The notes under the pieces: model-generated
Database searches by the model: none
What the model was told of the DNA's origin: nothing
Seen by the model: only the letters and a program-made list of their open reading frames with translations
Shown here: positions 11,498 to 23,404 of the stretch, one piece after another
Numbering within the stretch: position 1 is the first letter of the stretch
Layout of the letters: every line of letters begins with the position of its first letter
Source: Strigamia acuminata
Lineage: Eukaryota
Reading direction: 5' to 3'
NCBI GenBank assembly: GCA_949358305.1
Contig: OX442314.1
Coordinates: 31,558,001-31,622,000, forward strand
Length of the DNA stretch: 64,000 nucleotides
Program-made: the position numbers and the translations under genes

Positions 11498-13855
11498 AAA
11501 TTCCTTGTTTCGGCTGGATTTAAAGTGAAGAACGTTCGTCAGGCGTAGACACGGCGAATCCTCGTCATTGTCACACCGACAAACACAGAATTGGAACCGT
11601 AAGTTTCCCTGCAACGATGACTTATTGAAACGGATGTTTTTTATTTTGTATCGAACTCACCCGTTTTGTAGCAGTCACTTGTTGCTCGGTAAAGTTGGGA
11701 AAATCGATTAGCAGGCCCGTGATTCGTCTCGATGGTCGCCGATCGGTCAGTGTTTGTCACTAGACCGATGGCACTGTTGAATTGATTGATTAAGTCACTG
11801 AAGTTGGTCGGAGAAGTTTGTTTAATTACCTGCTTTCCGTGGCCAGTTTCAGCGGTCATGTTGCGGTCTCAACCGATGAGAATCGTGGCGTTCATGTGAC
11901 GTCACAAATTCTCGCGGAGGAGCGTAACCATGGCGACGGTCTCAGCACCGCAGCCGCGATTTTTAAGCAGGTTTTATTTCTCTGCCCGGGGATCGTGGGA
12001 GTTTTTCGCTAAAAAATTCGGAAAATTGTCGTGGCAATAAAATAATATTGTTTCGTGGTGTTTTTCCTGCGCTTTCTGAGAAAGATTGTCTCTTTAGATT
12101 GGGAATTAGTTATTGCACCAATTAGAGGGGTGAGGGTGTCGTGGGACCCAATCACAGGTCACGGGTCGAGGATTGTTCTCTGTTTAGACTCGAGGTTTCT
12201 TGTTTCTGGACATAGTCCCCGTGTGTCACTTGTTTTCCAGAGAGCGACCATTCAGCATCAGCTGACTTTTGCTTGTGTTCGTGTTCGGGAAAAGTTTTTG
12301 AGTTGCGATATGAGGGTAAGACACAAATTTATTTTCTGTTTGCATCATTTACTGTGGCCCTTTTTCTCGATTGAACCCGTGACCGATTGCTTTCTTTCGT
12401 GCCCCGGCCCCGTTATTACGTGTAACTTAGCGCTCGAGCAGGCAGTTTCGGCCGCCGCTCCTCGCTAGGAACGCAGGCGGATCAAAGTCATTTTGACCGC
12501 CGCGATCGAGTCGATTCACTGAAACACTTGTGGTTTCGACCATTTAGTGTTCAGAAAACATTTTAAGAAGTATTTTGTGTGAAGAAAACCTGAAATTTCG
12601 GCGTTTTCTCTCACGAAGCGCTTCGTGATACCTGATGCGATTGGTTTCGGTTTGCCATCCGTCTTCCATCTCGAATTTTCTATCACTTCTTTTCGCTTCT
12701 CTTTCTTCTTTTTCCCGATGTTTCTGTGAAAGGTTCTCTCGATTAGTTTTCCTTCTTCAATTCAGTTTAATTTTTTTTTGTTTTATTTTTCATTTTTTTT
12801 TGATTACGTATCTTTTTTTTTGTTTTTGCCTCCATTCGCCGTGTCCCCGGTTTTTCTTTCTGAAATAGGTGGGTATCGGCGTCGAATTCGCGAGTCAGCT
12901 GGCAAAGGTTACACCGTGACCCACGCCTAACCCCTCGGAATTCGTGCATCCCTCGTTCCTATTGTCCCTAATTGAGGTCAATAACCTGCGCGCTGGTCAC
13001 TTGAGTGGCCAGCGACACGATCTGAGACCCCCAATCTGGGAAAACAATAGCGGGCGGTGAGGGGTTGTCGCCGCGGTAAGAGGAACCGAGAAGTTCGCTT
13101 CCCGAATCACTCGCCGCCGCGGCGCGACTCGAAGAAATCAAAGTCCACTTCCGTTTGGAGTTTTTCGTTCTTTTTTTCCCCCTGTTAGTCTTCAACCCCT
13201 CCTTTGTTTATTTTGCCCCGAACTCGAGTTTCTTTCTCAGCCGGCGCATCTAAATTTTTTTTTTTTAATTCAATAAGATTATTTGGTTTTATTTCTTTTC
13301 TCTTTTCGCTCGCGTTCAGGCAAAAAAGGTGTATCACCTTTTTCGCTCGTTCGCGTATTTCTTTTCAAGACATCTTTTTTGTCACGACCGATGGTTTGTT
13401 CGTGTTTTCTGCGACTGGACTGGGTTCTGATTCAGGCGCCAGACTTCACCGACATGCCGGGCCGTTGTGCAGAACGGTCCGCCATGTTGGTTGCGGTTTG
13501 CGTTGCCGTCACCATCCCTTGCCTTGTCGTGTGTGAAATTCTTACAACCATCATTTCTTAGACCAGGCACCACGCTTTGGTCAGGATTTTATATCATCCT
13601 GATTCGGTTTAACAAATTCACGAAATTATTTCGGCTTGCATCGCCGGAGCACCGAAAATGGCTTGCGCCAGCTCGGTGTCTTCGACGATTGTGTAACATC
13701 CACTGACGTCATGTGCTCGCGTGGGAGGTTGATTTTGTCGCCCCCTCGTGCCGGAATCCTCATTCATAACCTTCACACCGCATTTCAACCCATTTTTTTT
13801 TCTCCCCCTTTCACTCCTTAATATAGTTTATTAATTTTTTATTTATTTTATCTAG

Positions 13856-16162
13856 AATTCGGGAAATGGTGGCGGCGATGGTAGCGAACAGTGGCACATC
13901 TGCCCTGTTTGCTCAGGCGAGCGCTGGGAGACATCGGCGGGCGGATGGGATTCACCGTGCGGCAACTGCCTAGGCATGGGGTTGGTGCATTTTTCCATCC
14001 CCAGGCAGAGGTGGTATGCGCGCCACTCGCAGCGACCGGGCGGCGACCGGAGTCGCGCCCGTTCGATGGTGTCGTGGATGAGCGTCGACTCGTGGGAGAG
14101 GCGGACGCAGGAGCTGTTGCGACGCGGGCATGCCCTACTACCACGTGGTTTGACGGTGGAAGCTGTCAGAGCACGGGACGGGCAGCCTGGTCCATCGGGC
14201 TCTGCGCCTCCGGCACCAAGGGTTCAGGCGGGGCGGGCGGCTTCGGCAGAGGCCCCAGCCCAGCCGAACTCGAAGCGCCAGAAGCAAGAACCAGCGCCGT
14301 CGAAGTGGACGGAGGAGATGACCGTGCGGCTGGAGACCTCGTTGGCAGAGTGGCGGGCATCCTACCCGCACGCGACTACGGTTCAGATCGAGTCCGCAGG
14401 GAAGCTGCTGCGTCGTCGTATCAAGGACAATGCGAGGAAAGCGCGGTCCGCCGAGGCGGCGAGGCAAGCGGTGGCCGCAGCTGAAGCTGCTGCTGTGCCA
14501 CCGGTCGCTCAGCAGTCATGTGGATCCGGTGGCAACGAACTGGTCGTTGTGTCCGTTCCGATGGTTGTCACCCTCCCCGTGATTGACAGTGCGCCGGAGC
14601 CCGCGCAGCAGATAGGGGTGGTCGGAGACGAGGTACAGGCTGATTCAGCAGTGTCCCTCGCTCTGGACCTTCCCGGAGTGTCTGACGAGCAGGTGGTCGA
14701 GATGCCCTCGGAGGAAGCCGGCTGCAGTGAGCAAGCAATCGCTTGCGCTTCACTCGCACTCGGAATTCCCGTGGCGCAGTTCGACGGGACGGGAGGACTG
14801 CCCCATCGTACTTGGGGTAGCCTCATGAATCTCGCGGGACGGTCGGAGCCATCTACCCCGCGGGAAGAGTGTATTGTTTCCCAGAGGCAGGACGGCGCTT
14901 GCGCCAAACTACCGATGGTACAATCCCTGATGCCAACGCCAGACGACGAGATGATGGAGTTGTCTGTTTCGGAGGACGATGTGCTGCAATTGTCGGTGCT
15001 GGAGGGTTTGTCTCTCGAAGCACAGCTGTTGCGGTGCGGCGACCCCGAGATGGTCAATGCAGGAGTAGGAGCTGCCGGAGGAGGCGAAGGATCTTCCCAG
15101 GAACCACACCCCTCTGGACAGCACGAAGGAGCGGAGTTCTTGGAACCCGTCGAGGGCCAGGTTCCGCTCGAGGTCGCCGACCTGCCGCCTGGTGCTCCGG
15201 TGGTCTGCACGGCACTTGTGCTGATGGCGGTCCCACGCCTCGAGCATGCGAACGCTCAGGTGGTGGCGCTCTGGGTCGCCGAAGCTAAGCGGTGGAGGGA
15301 ACTTCACCTGCGCTTTGTGGACGCGGCCGGGAGTGAGATCAGGACGACCAGAGCTATCGCCCTGATCCGACAGAGGATGTGGATAATCCTCAACATCCCC
15401 CCTGTCGCATCGGCCGCAGCGAGGAGAATCAGGTGGTTCGAGACGGTGCGCATCGTCGCGTGGGCGGTGGGCACTGTCATGAACGCATGGTATCTCCACC
15501 TACCATCCCCGTTCGTGGTCCAAAGTTGGACGCTGGAGCAGACGGTGGGGGTGGACCATGCGGATTTCGACCCGGCGATCTGCCGTGGCTACGTGGAGAC
15601 GTTGGCCGGGCTCCCGAGGTTGACCAATAACTACGGTCACCAACGGATGTTCGTACCGGCATCCCACGAGCCTGTACCTATCGTGATGCCACCAGAGTTG
15701 GCGGCGCACTCACCGCCACCCCCGCCTACGTACGAAGAGGTGATAATGAAGCGGGTGCACAGGCGGAAGGGCTATCCCGACCAATTTAGCCCCGACGTCT
15801 GGGATCCGGTCGAGGCGACGCACGATGCTTGCAAGCAGAAGGGGAAGGGGAAGAAGTCCCGCACTGCTCAAACCGTGGCAGCATCGAGAGAAGAAGCGGC
15901 AGAGGCGGTGGAAGCAGAGAGCAGGCAACTAATGCCTCGATACGGTCTGTACTGGAGGCGGCGAGAACTTCGCCAGCCCCAGCAGGACCCGCAGCGGTTG
16001 CAACCGAGTCTGAGGAGGAGCCGCAAGACCCCTCTCAGCCGCAACCACCGTCCAACGACAAGCCGGAGCCGTGAAAAGCCTCGACTGTCGTCCTTGGACG
16101 CGAATTGTACAAACGACGGACCTCTGGTCCCGATAATATTTTTTCCCAACAGCATGCCGTGA
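13856..16162 (+). CDS. Accessory ORF2 of element 1, unknown function (CxxCxG zinc-finger pair, acidic low-complexity region, PPxY motif); probably expressed by splicing
   Basis: The 728-aa ORF from ATG 13976 stays open upstream to 13856, just after a pyrimidine-rich tract ending TAG (13853-13855). The extension encodes CPVCSGER...PCGNCLGMG. PPPPPPTY occurs later. Confidence 0.7.
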   Translation, partial: NSGNGGGDGSEQWHICPVCSGERWETSAGGWDSPCGNCLGMGLVHFSIPRQRWYARHSQRPGGDRSRARSMVSWMSVDSWERRTQELLRRGHALLPRGLTVEAVRARDGQPGPSGSAPPAPRVQAGRAASAEAPAQPNSKRQKQEPAPSKWTEEMTVRLETSLAEWRASYPHATTVQIESAGKLLRRRIKDNARKARSAEAARQAVAAAEAAAVPPVAQQSCGSGGNELVVVSVPMVVTLPVIDSAPEPAQQIGVVGDEVQADSAVSLALDLPGVSDEQVVEMPSEEAGCSEQAIACASLALGIPVAQFDGTGGLPHRTWGSLMNLAGRSEPSTPREECIVSQRQDGACAKLPMVQSLMPTPDDEMMELSVSEDDVLQLSVLEGLSLEAQLLRCGDPEMVNAGVGAAGGGEGSSQEPHPSGQHEGAEFLEPVEGQVPLEVADLPPGAPVVCTALVLMAVPRLEHANAQVVALWVAEAKRWRELHLRFVDAAGSEIRTTRAIALIRQRMWIILNIPPVASAAARRIRWFETVRIVAWAVGTVMNAWYLHLPSPFVVQSWTLEQTVGVDHADFDPAICRGYVETLAGLPRLTNNYGHQRMFVPASHEPVPIVMPPELAAHSPPPPPTYEEVIMKRVHRRKGYPDQFSPDVWDPVEATHDACKQKGKGKKSRTAQTVAASREEAAEAVEAESRQLMPRYGLYWRRRELRQPQQDPQRLQPSLRRSRKTPLSRNHRPTTSRSREKPRLSSLDANCTNDGPLVPIIFFPNSMP

Positions 16163-16783
16163 GATGCCTGTCCCGGGACATGAACGCCGAGCCGGAAGCG
16201 AGTGACGAGACGGAGACGCCACGCCACAAGCCCACCTGCCCGACGAAAACGGATACCGGAGTTTTCCCGTTCCATCGGTGGACCTCCCGACTGTGGATCT
16301 TGGTCAGGTCCCGGTCGTTGTATATATATTATTTCTTTTTTTTTAATTATCATTTTTATTATTTGTTTAACGTAACTTTATTTCCGATTATTTTATGGGA
16401 GGATTGACCAGCCTCTCCCATCCTTGTTTTGTTTACTATATTTATTTTTTTTTTCCGTTTTTTAATTTTTTTTTTTTGTTTTAATTTTTGTTTTATGATT
16501 TCGTCCCGGGCTTGTTACGTTCAGGCCCGGTGAATTATTATTTACATTGTATTACATCAATAGTTTGTTTTGTTTTCGGCCAGTCTAGGGCGAGGTGGTT
16601 CCTGTCGCCCAATGCTGCTAACATCGTTGACCGACGGTGCGGTGGTTTTCGGTCCACCAGCACCGAAGGTCGGCGCCGGTAACCCGACAAGTTGTGGTCT
16701 TCGACTGACTTCGTTGTTGTGTCTGCCTCGACTTGCGTGTCCCCGTCGGTGTTGTGTGTGGCCCCTTAGACCTACCTTTTCTT

Positions 16784-16798
16784 GGGGGGGGGGGGAGA
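16784..16798 (+). promoter_or_regulatory. Polypurine tract of element 1
   Basis: G12-AGA directly abutting the TG of the 3' LTR. Confidence 0.9.
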
Positions 16799-17391
16799 TG
16801 TGACCGCCAGGCCACCTAGGTGACCTACGGCACTGCCACACACCACCGTGCGGCCCCAAAGGTCAACCCCTACGCGGGTAGTTGACCTAGCCCGGGGAGG
16901 AGGGAGTGGAGTGGTGTGGTGAGGAGGGAGTGTTGTGAGAGAGTGGAGTGTGGGACACGGCCTGAGAAGGACGTGCCTGCAGCAGCTCCCCGAGAGGAGA
17001 AGGTGTTCATCTGGGAGGGACAAGAAGTGTCCCGGTTTGACTCTGTACTCCTCACCATTCACCACGATGATACTCAGTATGACGGCTCCCACCGTTATAC
17101 AGCCTCCATGAGTGGACGCGTGGGTCGTAGGTAAGTACGACACGAATGTTAAGTCGAACCGACCACGCCACGCATTGGGTTCCCACCCAGTGTGTGGCGG
17201 GTCGGTTGCCGGTGCGGTGTGCCTTCGTGGCACCTCTGCAGCGGGTGACGGGTTTCCCTATACCCCTAGACAACGCAATAAAGGCCAACCAACCAATATT
17301 GTGGGAAGTCTCCGTCATTTACGTGAAGTATGCGTCCCTACCAAGTGTTCTCAGTCCCCTGACTACACTGGAAGATACCATAGCAGTCACA
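16799..17391 (+). repeat. 3' LTR of element 1
   Basis: TGTGACCGCC...GCAGTCACA followed by ATAC. Confidence 0.95.
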
Positions 17392-20300
17392 ATACAATGA
17401 CACACATGACATACTGTATTAAAGTAAAAATAAACACTTCAAATAACAACACAATAAAAAGGTGACAAACAAATGTTACATAATATGATTAAACCTAAAT
17501 CTTACATCCTTCCCCTGTACCAGGCGGCGACCGGATTGGGGCATGCATCGACAACCAGGATAGAACGTTGTCGACCCGTGAAGGTTCTCACGCAGAGAGA
17601 ACTCTTCCTATAGAATCCAAAAGCTTATTTTTTTTTGACCAGCGCTTAAAGGACCCATAAGTGTGTGTACGTGTGCGCGTACGCGCGTCCCTCGGGACAG
17701 TGGGAGCATGATGCAGCAAACCCACTGTGGGACTGTTGCAGGAAACCCGTCTGTACTGGGGAACCTGTTCCAACTCTAAGACAAGAAGCAAAGACAGTGG
17801 ATTGTGTTGCAGAACAGACACAATTCCGGGCTATTGAAGCCGAATACCATTCGTAATGGCGTGCAAAAAAAAGCGACTAGATCAACCTTTTTCCTGACAA
17901 GGGAGACAAGAGATGCGACGTTCAAGTGTCGAATCACAAGAGCGCACCGTTCATATCGGGATCAAGAGGGACAACAACGTTTCTTTTCCGAGAATCAAAT
18001 TCAAAATGAACAGGAGAACTGACCACTGCTTCAGATGCAGTGTCATGTTAATTAGTAGGGGCACTGCGATGCTGCTTGTATGAGCCAACCCTTACTAACA
18101 TTGCGGAGGAGTTTTCCAATTAGCATGGAAACTAAAGCTATCTAAACTCGAAAAAGTACAAAAAAGGAGATCACTGCCTGACCGCAGTGTTTCAAGAGAC
18201 AGACAGCACGCATGGCTGGTCAACGTTGAGAGACAAGCTCAAGAGACCTGGCTCGAGCGTCCCCGTGCTCATTAAGAGCGTACACCAGAGCAGAAAGGAA
18301 AAAGGGTTTTTCTTTTGAAAGGAATCCAAAACGAGGAGGAGGAGATGGCCATTTCTCAGAATGAAATGCCAATCGGGTCAATAAAGACGTCATACACCCA
18401 TGATCAAGGCTAGTTCTACATGCCAAGAAACCATGACCAGAGTAACTGATATTCTCTTTGAATGCCCTGGGAACCGTTAGCTAAAACTGTGACAATTAAC
18501 TAAGGAACTCAGAAGCTCAAAGCTAGGGAACATACACTAAACTCAAAGGGAGAAGGTGCGAGAATGCACGCAATACACGGAACACTAGAGAGAAAACCAG
18601 AGGGAACTCAAACATAAGAGATGAAAAGCTTTTCTGCTCAGATCGTTGTGCCCAGCAACCAGATATAGGCGTGTTCCGAAGCTTAACTGTAGCAAGCACA
18701 AACTGCTTTTTGCCCAATTCACAGAGCCACTAGAAATGAAAGAAACACCCACGTTTCAAAACCCAATCTGGTGCTCAGAGGCGACACACTTGTAATGTTT
18801 AAAATGGAATGAATAATTTATTTAAGGCTTAAATAAATTAGTCTTACAAAATAATGAATAAAGTTATACAAATTCTAATTACTTAATTAAATGTTAGTAA
18901 TAAATGGAAAATAATGAAATAAATGCGAGTCGTGGCTGGCTTGGCGTAGTCTCGCTTTGTCTTCTCCAACAATGACGGTGAAACAACGAGAAGTTCGTTG
19001 TTTCTCTTCTCAAATGGCGGAACGCAAAAGTGCGAGAGTAGACTGAAAAGGTTCGGAAAATACTTAAATTTAGTTTAGTTTCGACTTTACTCACGCTCTT
19101 TCTCCGGTTTTCTCGTCAACTGGCTATTCAGGAAATTTCCGGTGACTCGGGAAATTCCGTATGCGGCTGGTCGACGTGAAATCTGTTTCTCTCGGTGATG
19201 ACACTGCGATTCGGGAGAAGATAAAAGTAAAAAGTCAAGAAAAAGACATCCTCCACCTCACGTCTGGCAGGTGCCACTCAAGGCGGCGACGGAGGCCTAC
19301 ACTCTAATTTCAGCAGTAAGGGACGCATGGCAGGAAGATTACATCGATTGTTTGGGCACTTGGCATGTTCTCTCGCCTGTGTCGCCCTCCTCATCAATGG
19401 ACGAGCGATGGGATGTTGAGTAGACAATCAATGCCTAGACGATGCCGAATCAGGAGTGTGTTATGTGGATGGAAGTTTGGACTTTTGTTGGCGGTGACTG
19501 AGGACTGGTGCATTACTTCTGTATTTGTTCGAAATGGTACAATTGCATCTGTTGTCGCGCCCCCACCCCTCACTTCACAACAGGGGTGGATTGTGTCTGA
19601 CCAGTCGTTTAGGGCGGGCGGGTCCAGATGCGCGAACGAGATGCGTCTAAGCGACTGACACTCAATTAGTGAATAGGGATTCCCAAAATGTAGTTTTTTG
19701 GTAAATAATCAACCCTTGCATTTACATCAAATTAGAATGAATACAAAGTGATTTATTCTTTGATTAAATATCAACTAATTATTAAGCGATCAAATTTAAT
19801 AACATTTCTTAAGTAGTGCTAACAATTATCTACTATCAACTCTCTAACACTTTTACAGTTTGTACTAACAATTATTCACTACTATGTTCTAACACTGATT
19901 TCAAACACATAGTAAGACATTAAAACGAATTGACATGCATTGCAACTAGGAAGAAAAGAAATCATAACTTTCCTGTTTGTTGGTTGTTTTCTTGTATCCT
20001 TCAACTCCAGTGTCGGCCTTGGAAGCTCACCGCGATGGGTTGGTGGTTTTTACTTCACTCCTGCAGGTGGACGAGGCTCGGGCAACTCAACTCACAGCAG
20101 GTGATTCCTCTCCGGTTGGAGATACATCTGGACTTGATTAGCATCTCCTGGTTGGAGGAACATCTGGAAAGTCACCCTTTTTATCCAAAAATGGGTATAA
20201 AAGTGGATGCTGGAACAAGACTATCTTGTTCCAACTTGGTCAGCAGGTTCCATGTTGCAGCATAAACTCATTTCCTTAGACAGAGGAAAAGGTTTCACAG

Positions 20301-20799
20301 TTGTACATACATTGAACCTTTGAGGCAGACTGAAGAACTTGGAGGAGTTCCACAGTCTAGGGGCTGCCATATCCTGTTTACATTAAAACCACAGTCTATG
20401 GCAGGCTGGGCGACCACCCAGCTTGATGGTTTAGACACAACAAACCCTGATCTCTAAAACCTCAATAACTATCATGTGTGAGGTTAACACCTCATCAATA
20501 CCAAATCAAATCAACATTGTCAAAATAAAACAAATTCTATTTTAAACATAAAATGATCTAACAATATATCTTTGACACTAAAATAAACTTTTTTAAGTAA
20601 TACAAATAAAACCAATATACCAGTTTTGCATTTCAATTTGTTTTAAATTCGAATTAACTGTTTACAAACAATATTACAAAAAACAAAAAAAAAAAAAAAA
20701 AAAAAAAACCAAATTAGGAGTATTAGGAGAATAAATTAAATTGAATCAAACACAATATACAGTATTGTTTTAACAAATCAATCTTTAGAAACAAATGGT

Positions 20800-21528
20800 T
20801 CAAGAGTATTGTGCATTATCTCGTACGCAGATTTCTTCACCTTCAATCAGTAACATTAGATTCCTATCTTCGATGTATCTTCTCGCGAAATACTTTATTA
20901 TAGGCCTGCAAGAGTCCTGGTCCAGTTGGGCCATTTTCGGTGGATACCATCGCTCGTATTCTGGAACATAGACTCCCGCTGCAGTTAAGTTTAACTTGAT
21001 CTGAAACCGTATTGGTTCGTGTAATTTCTTCAACACTGGTCCCGATGGATCGTACAGGGTCAGGTTATTTGGCTTCCTCGAAATGTCCAATATGAACAAT
21101 AACCAATGATCCTCAATTGGTATCGGAAAAAACCAAATTCGATGTTGTAAACCGGGAATATTTTCCGACTTACTCAACCATTCTTTCGCTTTTAATCTAT
21201 CTGGCGACATCAGAGACAGGGTTACAGGAGTAGGGAAACTAAACACCTGCTTATTAGCAGTCTGAATCATCGCGAAGTAAAAGTCTATTATGGTGGCATG
21301 CACCCAAGCGTCCTTTCCAGTTTTTGGTGAGAGCAACGCTTTGAATTGATAAGTCTCTATCTTCCCGTGTGGTCGCAGTAATGAAGTATACAGAACCAAG
21401 CGTTCCTGGTATTGGTCAAGGCGTCCCCGAAATTCGTAAATGTGAAGTTTCCGGTCTTCTCTTCCTGTGGGTCCGTCTTGGTTAATGAAAACCAAGTCAA
21501 AGAAATGAATTTCGAGTCTCGTGGGCAC
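20800..21528 (-). CDS. Ulp1/SENP-like (C48) cysteine protease, intronless, likely transposon cargo
   Basis: AWVHATIIDFYF, FFPIPIEDHWLLFILD, LYDPSG, AQLDQDSC: His-Asp-Cys triad with the oxyanion Gln in Ulp1 order. Confidence 0.75.
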   Translation of the reverse strand: MPTRLEIHFFDLVFINQDGPTGREDRKLHIYEFRGRLDQYQERLVLYTSLLRPHGKIETYQFKALLSPKTGKDAWVHATIIDFYFAMIQTANKQVFSFPTPVTLSLMSPDRLKAKEWLSKSENIPGLQHRIWFFPIPIEDHWLLFILDISRKPNNLTLYDPSGPVLKKLHEPIRFQIKLNLTAAGVYVPEYERWYPPKMAQLDQDSCRPIIKYFARRYIEDRNLMLLIEGEEICVRDNAQYS

Positions 21529-22079
21529 AATTGTATTTTTGTACTTTTATTTGCCAAGCGCAAACAGCAACTAACTAGTAATACAGGTTTGATCAATAAA
21601 GTAAATTAATATCGAGAAAAATGATATTTTTTTAAAAATGACACACACAAACACTAGATGCACTATACTATGACTAACAAGTAATATTATATGACAAAAA
21701 AAAAGGAATTTAACACGTATAAGATATTATTACTAATAATTATAAAGGAAAACTTTTATAAAAGAAAATGACAAATCTCACACTCTCTCCACCTTTAATT
21801 TAAAGATACTCTTTAAAACATATTTAAACCCTCAAATATAATATAAATATATAGTAAGATCATAAAAGAGAATAGATATTTTAATATACTAACACTTAAG
21901 AACAAATAAAAAAAATACAAATAGAGTAATACAAAAAAAAGAGACAAAACTGATGAAACTGAGGAAAAAAATTTTATTTCACATAAAAATGACACAAAAT
22001 GACCCATCTTTTCACAAACTCGCATTCAAATGTTGGCATAGAAAATTCTCATTTGTTGGAATTGATTACATGTCAGGTA

Positions 22080-22320
22080 ATTGATGATGGGGCGATGGCG
22101 TGCTGGTTATTCGGCAGTACAATTCAGTACAATTTAGGACAGTTCAACTCTGCCCGGGATATTCGTCGCCGTATCTCAGTGTCGCTGAGCGTTTTTTTTA
22201 TTTTTACCGCGATAAAGTGCCCGTTATCGTGCGCACCGCACATCAAACACACATACCTTGTGCGCCCCGACGGTATAGTATTCCGTATTTATCTGCACCA
22301 TTCTAAAATGGTGAGAAAAA
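22080..22320 (-). pseudogene. Orphan mini-gene family A, frameshifted copy (paralog of 52762-52950)
   Basis: Conceptual translation HHFRMVQ...DVR..AHDNGHFIAVKIKKTLSDTEIRRRISRAELNCP aligns with HHFRTMQ...DVRAHDNNHYISVRIVRELTNAQIGRRIRRAEIECP. Confidence 0.6.
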
Positions 22321-22551
22321 ACTTAACTTTTTTATCGATCCATTAAAAATATTTAAATTACTTACGATATTTTTGCTCAAAGGTGATTGCATTTTCCGTG
22401 TTCATTTTTTCTATGTGTTCGGACGGATGAAAGAGGATACAACACGTACGATCAGAATTTACCAAGTAACACAAGGCGCAAATGATACATTAAGTTAGTT
22501 ATAGGATGCGCAGTGTGTTGCGCCACAGCGATCAGACTGCAGGGTAGAAGG

Positions 22552-23001
22552 TCACCTGTTCTTCATACTGTAGAAGGTCATACTGTTCTTCTGTTGTTCC
22601 TGCTCCCACGGATAGACTTCGTCCTCCTCCAAGGCTAGCTCGTAGGCGGCCAGAGCATCGTCCTGCTCGATTTGGATCCGCTCTTCCTCCTGTCGGCGCT
22701 CCTGCCTCCTCCGTTCTTCTGCTATCGTTTCGCGTGGGTTTGACGGAGCCACTTCAGCGATGATTCTACCCAGTCTTGGGGTCGGGCCATGTCTACAAAC
22801 TGCTTGTCCCCCTCCAATGGTCCAGTCTCGCTCCTCAGGCGCCGCCCGCACTCCTCGGGGCACCATTTTGTAACGAACGGACCTTACCCCTTCGTCCGAC
22901 ACCGAAATTTCTAGTTGATTCAACGGTCTGTCTCTCGGGGTTCCTCTTTCGGCTCTCATATCCTCTTCCGTCGATTGGTAATATCCCTGCAGTCTTGCCA
23001 C
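22552..23001 (-). CDS. Hypothetical charged/coiled-coil protein fragment, probably a retroelement accessory ORF
   Basis: 149-codon GC-rich open frame with an E/R-rich helix. No recognisable domain. Confidence 0.35.
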   Translation of the reverse strand: MARLQGYYQSTEEDMRAERGTPRDRPLNQLEISVSDEGVRSVRYKMVPRGVRAAPEERDWTIGGGQAVCRHGPTPRLGRIIAEVAPSNPRETIAEERRRQERRQEEERIQIEQDDALAAYELALEEDEVYPWEQEQQKNSMTFYSMKNR

Positions 23002-23404
23002 AAATTGGGTACACAGATTTAAAAAAAACGAAACAAACTCGAGTATTATCCAAGGCCAGCATTGTGAATGTTATGATTCTATTTTGACTTCTTTTTGTAG
23101 AACTCTGTTCCTCTCCAGTTTCTGGTCAAATTTCTACTATCAGTCTCCTGTTCTCTGACACACTAGTCCTCACTTTACCTTTTCAATTGTCACTTTCACA
23201 TATATGCTATAACTCAATTTTACTTTAGATCAAATTTTTACTCTATGCACTTTAATAATCGTTTCCACTCAATATCTCTAACTCTAACAACTCTTTTAAA
23301 ATAATTATCAAAACAGAAAAAAAAATACAAAATTTATGCATCAAGCTTACAATTTTTTTTAGAGCAAAGCGGTATTAAGCATAGCCAAAAAATGATTTAT
23401 CAAA

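Larger units (their letters stand above)
5028..17391 (+). mobile_element. Full-length young Ty3/gypsy LTR retrotransposon, apparently non-autonomous (catalytically altered Pol, no integrase, extra ORF)
   Basis: Two 593-bp TGT..ACA direct repeats, ATAC on both outer flanks (5024-5027, 17392-17395), PBS after the 5' LTR, polypurine tract before the 3' LTR, internal PR-RT-RH ORF. Confidence 0.95.

Noticed and set aside
13976..16162. ORF2 as a retroviral Env
   Set aside because: No evident signal peptide, furin site/fusion peptide or C-terminal transmembrane anchor.
19131..19158. Paired NF-kB-like sites GGAAATTTCC / GGGAAATTCC (also 61387-61398)
   Set aside because: Short motifs with no supporting promoter context; cannot be distinguished from chance.
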